This document shows positions 39,301-48,339 of a stretch of 64,000 nt of DNA, in pieces. A program made the position numbers and the translations under genes. Source of the DNA: Marispirochaeta sp. (GTDB lineage: Bacteria > Spirochaetota > Spirochaetia > JC444 > Marispirochaetaceae); the NCBI GenBank assembly GCA_963676835.2, contig CAXXFF010000004.1:517377-581376 (forward strand). Direction: 5' to 3'. Below the pieces are notes generated by a model. The model was not told the origin of the DNA. It made no database searches and saw only the letters and a program-made list of their open reading frames with translations. Positions within the stretch are counted from its first letter, which is position 1. Each line of letters opens with the position of its first letter.

Positions 39301-41917
39301 CATTATTAATTGCAGCTCCGCGGATCAGGGCGATAATCTGGTCGCCATTTTTTACCGCATCTTTAAGTCTCTTCAGTACAACCATACCAATTCCGGAACC
39401 GAAAACTGTACCTGAAGCATCCGCATCGAAGGGCCTGCAGAGTCCATCGGAGCTTAGAATAGTACCTTCACTGTATAGATAGCCTTCTTTAACCGGAACA
39501 TTCAGGCTTATTCCGCCACATAAAGCGACATCACATTGGTAGTTCAGAAGGCTCTGATATCCCATCTGGACAGCCACCAGAGAGGTAGAACACGCTGTCT
39601 GCACAGTAATAGCAGGACCTTTCAAGTCCAGTTTATACGCCACCCTGGAGGCCAGGAAATCATTACTGTTTCCCACCATGGTCTGAAAATCTGATACATC
39701 GTTTTTTTCAGAGCTGAAAAGAATATTTTTCAGCTGGTATTTATTCTGCCCGCAACCGGCAAAAACTGCAACTCTGCCTGATTCTCTCCCCGGGATGATA
39801 CCGGCGGACTCAAGTGCTGCCCATGAATGCTCCAGCATCAGCCGCTGCTGAGGATCCATAAAACGGGCCTCCCTTGGGGAGTATCCGAAAAACTCATTAT
39901 CAAAGAAGGGAGTAGACGGCAGCGGCCCCGATCGTCTTATATAACGGGTATCAGAAACCAGAGCAGGATCAAGCCCCTGCTCCACCAGTTCTTCAATGGT
40001 ATATTCCGACAACCCACTTCGTCCGGCAGCAAGAAGATCCCAGAACTCTTCACTGTTTTCTGCTCCGGGAACAGCGCAGGAAATTCCTGTTATAGCAAGG
40101 GTAAATTCATCATAGTCTGATTCGTTATTATTCATATTATTTTCTATGCTGCTAACAGGATTGTCTCCGAACTCAACATCAACAGCTCTGGTTAGAGCAG
40201 AAATTGTAGGATTCTGAAAAAACACAAGCGGCTCTACTGCAAACCCGAGAAAATCCGAAAGATGTTTTAACAGCCGAATTACCTGTATGGACTGCCCTCC
40301 GGCATCAAAGAAATTCACCGTATCATCAAAATCTTTATGACCCAGCTCACGTTCCCAGAGACTACGGATCATCGCATGTAAGGACAAGGGCGTTTCCACG
40401 CTTACTTGATCATATTCAATTTCCGGAAACTGCTTTCTGTCTACCTTACGGTTTGGCGTATACGGAAAATCATCGAGCCGTTTAAAAACCGCCGGAATCA
40501 TGTATGAAGGCAGCTTCTGAGAAACTGCATTATGGAGAACATCTGGCTGGAGATCCTTTTCTCCCCGGTAAAATGCGGCCAGGATAGTATCACCTTCGGG
40601 GGATTTTCTCGGAAGAACCACTGTTTCCTCCACACCCTCCACTGCCGACAGAACTGCTTCGATTTCTCCAGCATCAATTCGCAGGCCCCGCATTTTTATC
40701 TGAGTATCCCGGCGCCCCAGAAAAGAAATTGTACCATCCTCAGTTTCCCTTACATAATCACCGGTATTGTACATACCATCCCGAAAGACTTCAGCAGTCA
40801 GATCCGGATGGTGCCAGTACCCTTCCGCAAGCCCATCTCCGCTTATCCACAGAAGACCCTCTTCTCCGGTAATTACCGGCTGCTGATCTTCATCTAAAAT
40901 ATGCAAACCGGTATTATTAATTGGCATACCTATAGGAGGGGCCACCTGTAAACCCGGCTCCAGCTTGCACAGCGACGACCAGATTGTCGTTTCCGTCGGT
41001 CCATACATATTCCATACATCACATCCGGTTTTTGTAAGCTTTGCCGCAAGATCAGCAGACAAAGCTTCTCCTCCACAGAGGATCTTCAGTCCTTCTTTCC
41101 CGGAAAAACCGGCTTCCAGAAGAAGCTGCCAGACAGAAGGAGTTGTCTGAACAAGTGAAACAGCGGTGTCCTGTACAAGAGCAACGAGCGCGGCAGGGTT
41201 ATACACGGCATCTTCTCTGACAAGCCTTATACCACCGCCGCAGATAAGCGGAAGAAACAACTCAAGCCCTGCAATATCAAAGGATATAGTGGTTAAGCCA
41301 AGGACCTGATCTTCAGTAGAGATTCCCGGGTCATCCTTCATGGAAAGAAGAAAATTAAGAAAAGCCCGGTGAGAAACATAAACTCCCTTGGGATTTCCAG
41401 TTGAACCGGATGTATAGAGAATATATGCATAAGCAGAAGACTTTACAGCAGGAAGAGAGTCAGGAGACTCAACAGGTTCAGCATTGAGAGCAGAGCAGAA
41501 AACTACACCTTCAAGGTCTCTGAAGGCTGCAGGCCTTTCAGAATCATCACAAAAAATAAAATCAATACCGGAGTCCGAGGCCATAAAAGCAAGTCGGGCA
41601 GAAGGGAAAGATGGATCCAGAGGAAGATATCCTTTACCCGCTTTCTGTATGCCTATCAGGGCAGCAAGCATATACGGCGATCGCTGCATGCTCACACCAA
41701 CAAAAGGTGCATCCTCGCTGCAGTTTTCAGTTACCATTCGGGCAAACCAGTTGGAGAGCTGGTCCAGTCCGGCATAGCTAAGAGTTTCCTCTTCGAAAAT
41801 CAAAGCATCTGCTTCGGGTTGTTTTTCTACCTGATTTCCAAACAGCTCCAGCCAGGTACCGAATCCGACTTCCGGTCCATTATTAATCCATGATGATACT
41901 TTTTTTTGCAGTGACAC
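36314..41917 (-). CDS. Hybrid NRPS-PKS: A(Gly)-T-KS-AT-ACP-TE
   Basis: A: YTSGSTGNPKG, YGPTE, GDY, NRKVDR. T: FFDAGGQS. KS: DPQQR, QTACSTS, HGTGT, GHLDAAAG. AT: FPGQG, GHSLGE, GFHS. ACP: FFDLGGDS. TE: GECVGG and GNH. Confidence 0.93.
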   Translation of the reverse strand: MSLQKKVSSWINNGPEVGFGTWLELFGNQVEKQPEADALIFEEETLSYAGLDQLSNWFARMVTENCSEDAPFVGVSMQRSPYMLAALIGIQKAGKGYLPLDPSFPSARLAFMASDSGIDFIFCDDSERPAAFRDLEGVVFCSALNAEPVESPDSLPAVKSSAYAYILYTSGSTGNPKGVYVSHRAFLNFLLSMKDDPGISTEDQVLGLTTISFDIAGLELFLPLICGGGIRLVREDAVYNPAALVALVQDTAVSLVQTTPSVWQLLLEAGFSGKEGLKILCGGEALSADLAAKLTKTGCDVWNMYGPTETTIWSSLCKLEPGLQVAPPIGMPINNTGLHILDEDQQPVITGEEGLLWISGDGLAEGYWHHPDLTAEVFRDGMYNTGDYVRETEDGTISFLGRRDTQIKMRGLRIDAGEIEAVLSAVEGVEETVVLPRKSPEGDTILAAFYRGEKDLQPDVLHNAVSQKLPSYMIPAVFKRLDDFPYTPNRKVDRKQFPEIEYDQVSVETPLSLHAMIRSLWERELGHKDFDDTVNFFDAGGQSIQVIRLLKHLSDFLGFAVEPLVFFQNPTISALTRAVDVEFGDNPVSSIENNMNNNESDYDEFTLAITGISCAVPGAENSEEFWDLLAAGRSGLSEYTIEELVEQGLDPALVSDTRYIRRSGPLPSTPFFDNEFFGYSPREARFMDPQQRLMLEHSWAALESAGIIPGRESGRVAVFAGCGQNKYQLKNILFSSEKNDVSDFQTMVGNSNDFLASRVAYKLDLKGPAITVQTACSTSLVAVQMGYQSLLNYQCDVALCGGISLNVPVKEGYLYSEGTILSSDGLCRPFDADASGTVFGSGIGMVVLKRLKDAVKNGDQIIALIRGAAINNDGAAKIGYTAPSVDGQAEVINDALGLAGISPDEVSYVEAHGTGTILGDPIEIAGLTKSFGNNENREHPCYIGSVKSNIGHLDAAAGIIGLIKTALSLKNRKLPPSINFTRPNPEMKIEQTPFKVNTELRRWESVNGRRIAGVSSFGIGGTNAHVVLESWEPPGRGATGADSTAARFMLCPVSAKSSESLKMYADRIADYLNTLSRTDRVNAVWTMMTRRSTLPFRGFLTVPFHEKDGQSEAVCSSRKATVKPYTIFLFPGQGTQYAGMCRSLYENNEVFAGFLDTALELVDAVNSWNSGSIIFGTDPDAETKLADTAYIQPLLFSVEWAIAKTLFSYGVQCDAMTGHSLGEFTAACLAGAFSLEDGVRLVSRRGEIMSQADEGRLLAVFAEYENIAGLIPDYVDVAGINGPGQVVLSGEPEAIENCKGFFTEKNISCKMLSSRSGFHSRLMDQILPGFEEILQTISFNPLQLDVISNLSGEKLNKGYVYTPEYWMNHLRSTVLFYQGILSIKIESESLYVEVGPGAVLSRLVRTIDTRKEKILVQTLPGSGSDINEEFFFLKGLGNIWRAGGCVDLGGINSIKNGKTLNLPTYAFKKTEHWILPDLKINNSAHNPDSQISLTQDTGDTGNKNKDVLPRLSKVWQQVLGYENISADANFFDLGGDSLMSAELVKKINAEFGITIRLNDILLNPVFQDMLDVVSQGCSDSCSEADEFPLLFPVQAKGSLPRLFLVAGAHENRYYDREKMTSSYEEDFLRYFSSLIGFLGKDQPIYGFRPRGIRFGETMHRNVETMAAVYIEELKKVQPEGPYYIGGECVGGMIAIEIARQLSAAGETVAHLVLMDTPRPGLGKFISEELFYYKQWIKKLLLRNFSKQSSCNCIKGIVHSFSELGNVLFAVTPRQKQIRQVLESSLFYQRKLLSYRPRRYTGLVTLLVNQEWDRRRKNLGWDTKIFPSMDVHVVPGNHISRLSEHGKISGEMISKILRNDIAAITERQ

Positions 41918-41919
41918 GA

Positions 41920-42921
41920 TTATTCTGTAAACCTGAGTTCCTTTTTAATATGTTCAAACTGCTCTCTGGACTGGTCTTCGAGCTTTTCAACAGCTTCTTC
42001 TCTGGTCAGTTGATTTTTCAGTATAAGATGACTCAATTCAAGCTCATACGGGCTATAGCCATATTTTTGTGTGTGAATAAAATTATTGAAGGTATTGAGT
42101 CGACAGTTGGATGAACATCCGTCCACATCCCCCGGACGCTCCCAGCCCAGGGGAGAAATCTTCCTGACAATTTCAGCCTCGGTAATATCTTCCAGGCAGA
42201 GAAGATTGATAACCCAGGGATAGTCTGACACAAGACTCTGCAGGCGGGGCGAAATCCGCAGGTATTCGTTAACCTGACTGCCTGCCGCCGCTTCAAGCAT
42301 CGAATGGCTTCTTTTTCTGCTTTCTTCAAAAAAAGGATAATTGTTCTGGTAAAGCACACTGTTTGCGGGAATCTGTCCCAGAGTGAATCCTGCGAGAATA
42401 TAGGGAATATCTTTTTCTATTGCTGTTTTAAGAGCAATATTATTCACTATGGAAATACAGGTATTACAACCGGAGGAGATTCGTCTCAGACTGGATCGGG
42501 CATACACCTGTTCCCGTGCGCTGGTAACTATCATTTTATTGAACACCGGCTTCGACGGCCGGAAGGTAAAGTGGTCTACTCCCAGTGCATCAACAACCTT
42601 GTTTATATTCTCGAATGCCTTTGTCGAAATATAGCCGTTATCCAAAGTAAAGGAGAGAACTTTAAGATTATACTTCTCCACTGCCAGCTTGAGGGTGTAG
42701 GTGGAATCCTTTCCCCCACTGTATGCAACAACTGCATCATAGGCATGACGTCCACGCTCTTTTTCAAACATACCCTCGACAGTGTGTGCCGCTTCCGATA
42801 TTACCCGGGCTTCTGTCTTCTGAACAGTTTCGTCCCTGCAGAAATTACAGACGCCATGAGCATCAAACTCTATTCCAGGAAAAGACGACGAAAGTACACA
42901 CCTGGTACAACGTTCGGGCAT
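41920..42921 (-). CDS. Cys-rich PP-loop (adenine nucleotide alpha-hydrolase) enzyme; candidate thioamide synthetase or amidotransferase
   Basis: N-terminal CTRC...CNFC, YSGGKDS PP-loop, central CNTC, late DGCSSNC; overlaps the ACP stop. Confidence 0.75.
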   Translation of the reverse strand: MPERCTRCVLSSSFPGIEFDAHGVCNFCRDETVQKTEARVISEAAHTVEGMFEKERGRHAYDAVVAYSGGKDSTYTLKLAVEKYNLKVLSFTLDNGYISTKAFENINKVVDALGVDHFTFRPSKPVFNKMIVTSAREQVYARSSLRRISSGCNTCISIVNNIALKTAIEKDIPYILAGFTLGQIPANSVLYQNNYPFFEESRKRSHSMLEAAAGSQVNEYLRISPRLQSLVSDYPWVINLLCLEDITEAEIVRKISPLGWERPGDVDGCSSNCRLNTFNNFIHTQKYGYSPYELELSHLILKNQLTREEAVEKLEDQSREQFEHIKKELRFTE

Positions 42922-43160
42922 CAGGCACCCCTGCTTTCTGTATATGCTACAATCTTATGAACCGATCCAAAGTTATCCCGGGTCATATCGCCCTGGGAGG
43001 TCTCAACCCCATACTCTTTTTTCAAAAACGAAGAGATCTCCACAAGACCGAAAGAATCGATAATTCCCTGGTCTACCAGGGAAGAACCGAGGTCGATTTC
43101 ATCTTCCTCGACCATGAAATTACGACAAATAAAATCTATCAGCTTTGACTGAATATCCAA
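42921..43160 (-). CDS. Stand-alone acyl/peptidyl carrier protein
   Basis: 79 aa, acidic, GIIDSFG phosphopantetheine-Ser motif. Confidence 0.9.
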   Translation of the reverse strand: MDIQSKLIDFICRNFMVEEDEIDLGSSLVDQGIIDSFGLVEISSFLKKEYGVETSQGDMTRDNFGSVHKIVAYTESRGA

Positions 43161-43162
43161 GA

Positions 43163-45139
43163 TTACGCCTCTGTTACGCTAATTTTCTGTTTTCTTCGGT
43201 CAATAGTCCGGGATTCCGGATTGCGGATCCGGGACTCCAGAATCTGGTTGGATAAAATGAAAGAGATAAGCATATTATCCCTGTATCCTGCAGAGGTAAG
43301 CCCCCGACGTTCTATTTTAAACAGCAGCCTTTCAACCATTTTGCGGTCATACAGACCATACTCGTCTATTATATCGCTGTTGAGAAAGCTTTTCACTAGG
43401 TCTCCCCTTTTTCCTTGAGGAAAAAAAGAAGCAAGATCCGGAGCCATATATGGTCGCTTAGGCCGGTTCAGTATTGGTTCGGGTAGTTCTTTTTTAAAAG
43501 CCTGCTTCAGCAGATCCTTCGCGGAATATCCGTTCAGCTTCGTTTCGTCCGGCAGGGTCAGAACCCACTCAATAAGAGTATGATCAAGGAAAGGAAACCG
43601 CCCTTCCACACTGTGAGCCATGGCCATACGGTCACCCTGGGCAGAAAGCAGGTAGCCTGAAAGAAGGGTTTTCATTTCCCAATACTGGTTCCGTTTGAGT
43701 ATTGACCACTCTTTAACATGCACGGGAGTGAGAGCTTCGATTTTATCTGCGAGAGTGTCAAAATTGAACTCCAGCCCCCAGTCACGGTTGAACATCTTCG
43801 TGAGCACCTGATTGTTGCTCACCCTCATGGCAAGGCCGGCAAGGGGGCCGGAAAAACGGTCAAGGAATCCTTCGTAATACATCTTCAGAAAGCCAAGCTG
43901 CTCCGCATCTCTATAATGGTCCAGATGGGGATAGAGCTGTCCGAGGATACTCATAACAGCTGTATCTGACAACCCGTTTTTCCAGGAGCTCAGCAGTTTG
44001 AGTTCCTTGTAGGTATCATAACCAAACAGGATTTCGTCTGCCGCCTCGCCGGTAAGAACTACCTTTATATCCTGTTCCCGGACCTTTTTCGACAGCATGT
44101 AAAGCGGCACCGGAGCTGTCCGGAATATTGGACGCTCAAAGTGTCCTGCGGCATCTACAAAATTCTCCGCGATATCTGTTCCATCAACGGTTACGGAATA
44201 GTGATCAGAATCTATGGAATTCACCATCATCTGCTGAAATTCCGATTCATCAAATCCGGTATCGGTAAAGGCAACGGAAAAACTTTTAAACCGGTGATTA
44301 TTAATCTTTTTTGCAAGGTAGGAAGTAACCGAAGAGTCGAGACCACCACTTAAATAGCATCCGACGGGGACATCACTTCTGAGGCGCAGTTTAACTGATT
44401 CTTCCAGCTTCTGCCGAAAAAGAGCAACCTGATCCGGAAGGCACAGGCTTGTTTCCGGCCCGGATTCCTCTCCTAGGGTATAATAAGCTTCCGGTCCGGA
44501 TGTTCCGTTATGGGTAAAGTACTGGTAATGCCCGCCTTCCAGGGAAAAAATACCCTTGAAAACCGTATTGCCGCCAAGGGTATTCCAGAGCAGACCATGT
44601 TCCAGAAGATTCTCCGGCGACCACTGCCTCCGTCCTTCACCAATATGATCAAAAACCCTCAGTTCCGATGAAAAGTAAACTGCACCGGATGAAGCAGGAT
44701 AATAGTAGAGAGGACGTATGCCATACCGATCCCGGGCGGCCAGAAGTTTCTGCTGTTTTTTATCCCAGAAGAGAAGGGCAAACTGGCCGTTGAAGCGCCT
44801 GAAAGCATCCGGGCCCCACCACTCTATTGCCCGCTGAACCACCTCAGTATCCGATGTTGTTTCAAAACGGGCGCCAAGGTTCTGGAGTTCTGCTTTCAGT
44901 TCAATATAGTTATACACTTCTCCGTTATAGACCAGTACAGACCTGTCGGAGATCATAGGCTGATGACCACCGGCAAGATCAATGATACTGAGGCGGGAAT
45001 GCCCAAGACCTATACCGGGAGCACCATAACTGCCATACTCATCGGGACCCCTGTGGTCGATGTATGGGATAAGTGATTCTGCTAGTGATTTCAATTCTCC
45101 GGCTGGTGCCGGTTTCAGTATTCCTACTATTCCGCACAT
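43163..45139 (-). CDS. asnB: Asparagine synthase (glutamine-hydrolysing)-like amidotransferase
   Basis: N-terminal MCGIVG Ntn Cys, HRGPD, RLSIID, NGEVYN, LSGGLDSS, TGEAADE, RFPFLD. Confidence 0.92.
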   Translation of the reverse strand: MCGIVGILKPAPAGELKSLAESLIPYIDHRGPDEYGSYGAPGIGLGHSRLSIIDLAGGHQPMISDRSVLVYNGEVYNYIELKAELQNLGARFETTSDTEVVQRAIEWWGPDAFRRFNGQFALLFWDKKQQKLLAARDRYGIRPLYYYPASSGAVYFSSELRVFDHIGEGRRQWSPENLLEHGLLWNTLGGNTVFKGIFSLEGGHYQYFTHNGTSGPEAYYTLGEESGPETSLCLPDQVALFRQKLEESVKLRLRSDVPVGCYLSGGLDSSVTSYLAKKINNHRFKSFSVAFTDTGFDESEFQQMMVNSIDSDHYSVTVDGTDIAENFVDAAGHFERPIFRTAPVPLYMLSKKVREQDIKVVLTGEAADEILFGYDTYKELKLLSSWKNGLSDTAVMSILGQLYPHLDHYRDAEQLGFLKMYYEGFLDRFSGPLAGLAMRVSNNQVLTKMFNRDWGLEFNFDTLADKIEALTPVHVKEWSILKRNQYWEMKTLLSGYLLSAQGDRMAMAHSVEGRFPFLDHTLIEWVLTLPDETKLNGYSAKDLLKQAFKKELPEPILNRPKRPYMAPDLASFFPQGKRGDLVKSFLNSDIIDEYGLYDRKMVERLLFKIERRGLTSAGYRDNMLISFILSNQILESRIRNPESRTIDRRKQKISVTEA

Positions 45140-45186
45140 ATCATTCTTCCTGAAACTGTTTCAATAAACCTTTATGCACTTGTCTT

Positions 45187-48100
45187 TTATCGCGTGCGTC
45201 TGTTTCTTCCAGCCATACGCTTCATCTGCTCACGCTGAACGGATGCTCTTCCTGCTTCAGATGATTCATCTTTCCCGCCGATAAGCGCAGCCTGAGCTGC
45301 TACTGTAGGATACCGGAAAAGATCCATCAACGATACAGATTTCCCCGTAAGACCTTGCAATTTTTTCTGGAGTACCGGAAGCTGAAGGGAATGACCGCCG
45401 AGGTCGAAAAAGCTTACGCCGCTGTCAACCTCCGGAACATTGAGCAGCTCGCACCAGATCTTTTCAATCCCGGAAAATATATCAGTCATTTTTTCTGAAG
45501 AATGCGAATCCAAGGCCTGCTCTGCTTCCGTGAAATTCCCCGCAGCCAGAGCCTTACGATCAATTTTACCACTGGGCAGCATGGGAAAAGTATCAATAAA
45601 ATGGAACTTATCGGGAATCATATATCCCGGAAGCCTGCGTATCAGTTCAGTTTTAACCGTGGAGGGGTTCTCTCCCTCTTTTACTGCAAGATAGGCATGG
45701 AGAGTCATATCCCCCGAGCTTTTTTCCGGGATCAGTACAACCGCAATTGATACAGAATCGATAGTCTCAAGGTTCCGTTCAATTTCTGCAAGCTCAATTC
45801 TTATACCGTTAATCTTTACCTGGGTATCCATTCGGCCGGAGTACCAGAAAACACCCTCATTATCGTAATAGCCGATGTCACCGGTACAATAGACTGTTTC
45901 CTGTCCCCATCCCCAATCGCCCCGGATAAAAGCTTTCTCTGTTAGTTCCGGATTGTTTATATACCCCGGTGAAACATTTACACCGGCTATGGCAATTTCC
46001 CCCCGTACCCAGGAAGAGCATAGCCTGCGGTATTTATCGAGAACCAGAATCCGTGTATTTGCGATCGGCCGGCCGATGGGGATCTGTTCTCTTTCCAGAT
46101 CTGCTTCTGTACATTCCCAGGCTGTGACATCTATAGATGCCTCCGTAGGGCCGTAGAGATTATGAAGCCTGACTCCTCCGGTTTTTTCCCCAGTCTCCCG
46201 CACCAGAGAAACATCCAAAGCCTCTCCCGAACAGATAATACCCTTGAGATCCGGAAAGTGAAAATTCCCTGCGTTATCAAGAAACTTGCGCAGAAGTGAG
46301 GGCACAAAATGAATATAGCTGATTTTCTGCTCTCTTACGGTATCCGCAAGGTAGACATCATCAAGATGTCGTCCCTGTTCCGGGATAAACAGTGACGCCC
46401 CGAAGAGAAATGGCCAGAATATTTCCCACATAGAGACATCGAAAGTATAGGGCACCTTGTGAATAAGGGTATCACCCGGTGCAAGAGGAAAGGTTTCCTG
46501 CATCCACCAGAGCCTGTTTACCATTCCCTGCCCCGGAATCGCCACTCCCTTTGGATTTCCGGTGCTTCCGGAGGTGTAGAGGACTGCTATTGTCTCATGA
46601 TCGGAAATTTCACTCTGCTCCTGGTTTTCAGGCACAAAAGCTGTCAGTATATCCGGAGTGAATAATCCTGAAGTATTCTGAAACCGCTGCTGAATACGGG
46701 GTTCGATTATTCCGAATACGGCTCCTGAATTGGAAAAAATATACTCTACCCTGGAAACCGGCCAGTTAGGATCTACCGGAACATATGCATTACCGGAAAC
46801 TACAATGGCGTGAATAAGCGTCAGTCTCTCTAAGCTGTTATCCAGAGCCACAAGGATTTTCCTGCCTCTGCCGGCTTTTTCCTTTAACAATTGGCTCAGG
46901 TTGCGAACATTACGCTCCAGATCCTTATAGGTTAATGCCTGCTCTTCGTCGGTGAGAGCTATCTTGCTCCCATACCGGCTGTAGGACGATAAAAGATGCT
47001 CCCTGAACGGGATCTCCAGGGGGTATTTTCTGGTCCGTTCATTATTCTGATATTTTAAAAGCGACAGCTGATCCTGCATAATCAGCGGAAGATCTTTCAC
47101 TACTGTTTCAGGTTTGGTTCCAGATACTGCAACAATATTCTGCCATATCCGGGACCACCCCTCGGCCTGGTCCTGAGTAAAAGCAGAGGTGTTGAACTCT
47201 ATCCGTGCAGATAGTCCGTCCGCATTGTCCCAATACGTAAGGAACAGATCCATCTGTGCGCCTTCGGGGCGAATGTTTATTGGTGTGACGCTGCATCCGT
47301 CAAGGTTAAGCATAAAGGGCTCTTCACGGGTAAAGCCGGCCTGCAGAAAATAAGGGATCCGTGGATCACGGGACCCCTTATAGAGTCCGGCAATTTCCAG
47401 GAAGGGCAGCTCCTGATTCCGGTGCAGCAGCAGCATATCCTTTCGAATCTGATTGTACAGATGCAGAAAGCTCTCTTCCGGATTAATGGTGACTTTTAAA
47501 GGAAGAATGTTAACAAAGGGCCCATACATATTTTCCCGTTCAGGGTTCCTGCGGTTGGGAAATGGTACCCCGATAAAGAACTCCAGCTGACCGCTTAAAG
47601 CATTAAGCAGGAGAGCATATGAGGTCAGCAGATGAAGAAAGGGTTGAAGTTCTCGTTCTGATCCCTGCTGTAAAGCAGTATTAGTATTTTCATTTACCTT
47701 AAAAAAGAAGGTGTTCCCTTCCCCAGTAAAATAATCTCTGGAAGATCTGGATGGGGGAAGTACCAACGAATCCGGCGGGTTTTCAAGATACTTTCTCCAG
47801 AAACCTTCCTGCCTTTTTACCTTGTCATCCTGTTCTCCCAGACCTGCTTCAGTGTATGGAATCAGTTGTATATCCAACTTTTTTCCGTTGTATTCAGAGG
47901 ATATCAGACGTGAAAGCAGCTCTTTTGAATGAAGATCTATGCCGGTATGGTGCTGCACTGCACAAAAATAAAAACATGACTCGGTTAATTTAAAAAGACA
48001 GGCTTCAATTCTTTCAGGTTCATCGGCATCAAGCGGCAAATCCGCCACTTGCCGGATACCCGCAAGAGCTTCTTCTTCGGTGAAACATTGGTCTGTATAT

Positions 48101-48279
48101 AAGTTAAGAGCAATTCTTATATCGGTTATTCTTTTGCCCGCTTTTTGCAGAGAATCACAAAACTTACGTACATCAAGCTTACCCTCTATTCTTACAGCAA
48201 GAATAATATTGTAGGCCCGTGATTGTGGGTAAAATATTGAAGCAGTTTTAAAATGGTTCTGGATTCCGTTACTCAGCAT
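45187..48279 (-). CDS. Single-module NRPS: C-A(Ser)-T
   Basis: HHTGID condensation motif, YTSGSTGNPKG, FDVSMWE, NLYGPTE, TGD, SGKIDR, FFDLGGHS; basic C-terminal docking-like tail. Confidence 0.92.
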   Translation of the reverse strand: MLSNGIQNHFKTASIFYPQSRAYNIILAVRIEGKLDVRKFCDSLQKAGKRITDIRIALNLYTDQCFTEEEALAGIRQVADLPLDADEPERIEACLFKLTESCFYFCAVQHHTGIDLHSKELLSRLISSEYNGKKLDIQLIPYTEAGLGEQDDKVKRQEGFWRKYLENPPDSLVLPPSRSSRDYFTGEGNTFFFKVNENTNTALQQGSERELQPFLHLLTSYALLLNALSGQLEFFIGVPFPNRRNPERENMYGPFVNILPLKVTINPEESFLHLYNQIRKDMLLLHRNQELPFLEIAGLYKGSRDPRIPYFLQAGFTREEPFMLNLDGCSVTPINIRPEGAQMDLFLTYWDNADGLSARIEFNTSAFTQDQAEGWSRIWQNIVAVSGTKPETVVKDLPLIMQDQLSLLKYQNNERTRKYPLEIPFREHLLSSYSRYGSKIALTDEEQALTYKDLERNVRNLSQLLKEKAGRGRKILVALDNSLERLTLIHAIVVSGNAYVPVDPNWPVSRVEYIFSNSGAVFGIIEPRIQQRFQNTSGLFTPDILTAFVPENQEQSEISDHETIAVLYTSGSTGNPKGVAIPGQGMVNRLWWMQETFPLAPGDTLIHKVPYTFDVSMWEIFWPFLFGASLFIPEQGRHLDDVYLADTVREQKISYIHFVPSLLRKFLDNAGNFHFPDLKGIICSGEALDVSLVRETGEKTGGVRLHNLYGPTEASIDVTAWECTEADLEREQIPIGRPIANTRILVLDKYRRLCSSWVRGEIAIAGVNVSPGYINNPELTEKAFIRGDWGWGQETVYCTGDIGYYDNEGVFWYSGRMDTQVKINGIRIELAEIERNLETIDSVSIAVVLIPEKSSGDMTLHAYLAVKEGENPSTVKTELIRRLPGYMIPDKFHFIDTFPMLPSGKIDRKALAAGNFTEAEQALDSHSSEKMTDIFSGIEKIWCELLNVPEVDSGVSFFDLGGHSLQLPVLQKKLQGLTGKSVSLMDLFRYPTVAAQAALIGGKDESSEAGRASVQREQMKRMAGRNRRTR

Positions 48280-48339
48280 GTTTTTCCAATGGCATATTGA
48301 TTTCTTAATACAATACAGTATCTAATACTAAACTATAGC

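Noticed and set aside
41920..42921. QueC or tRNA thiolase housekeeping gene
   Set aside because: It shares only the PP-loop; it lacks the QueC motif pattern and is translationally coupled to the ACP and PKS genes.
43163..45139. Housekeeping asparagine synthesis
   Set aside because: Tight coupling to the ACP and NRPS genes points to a tailoring amidotransferase; the gene symbol reflects family only.
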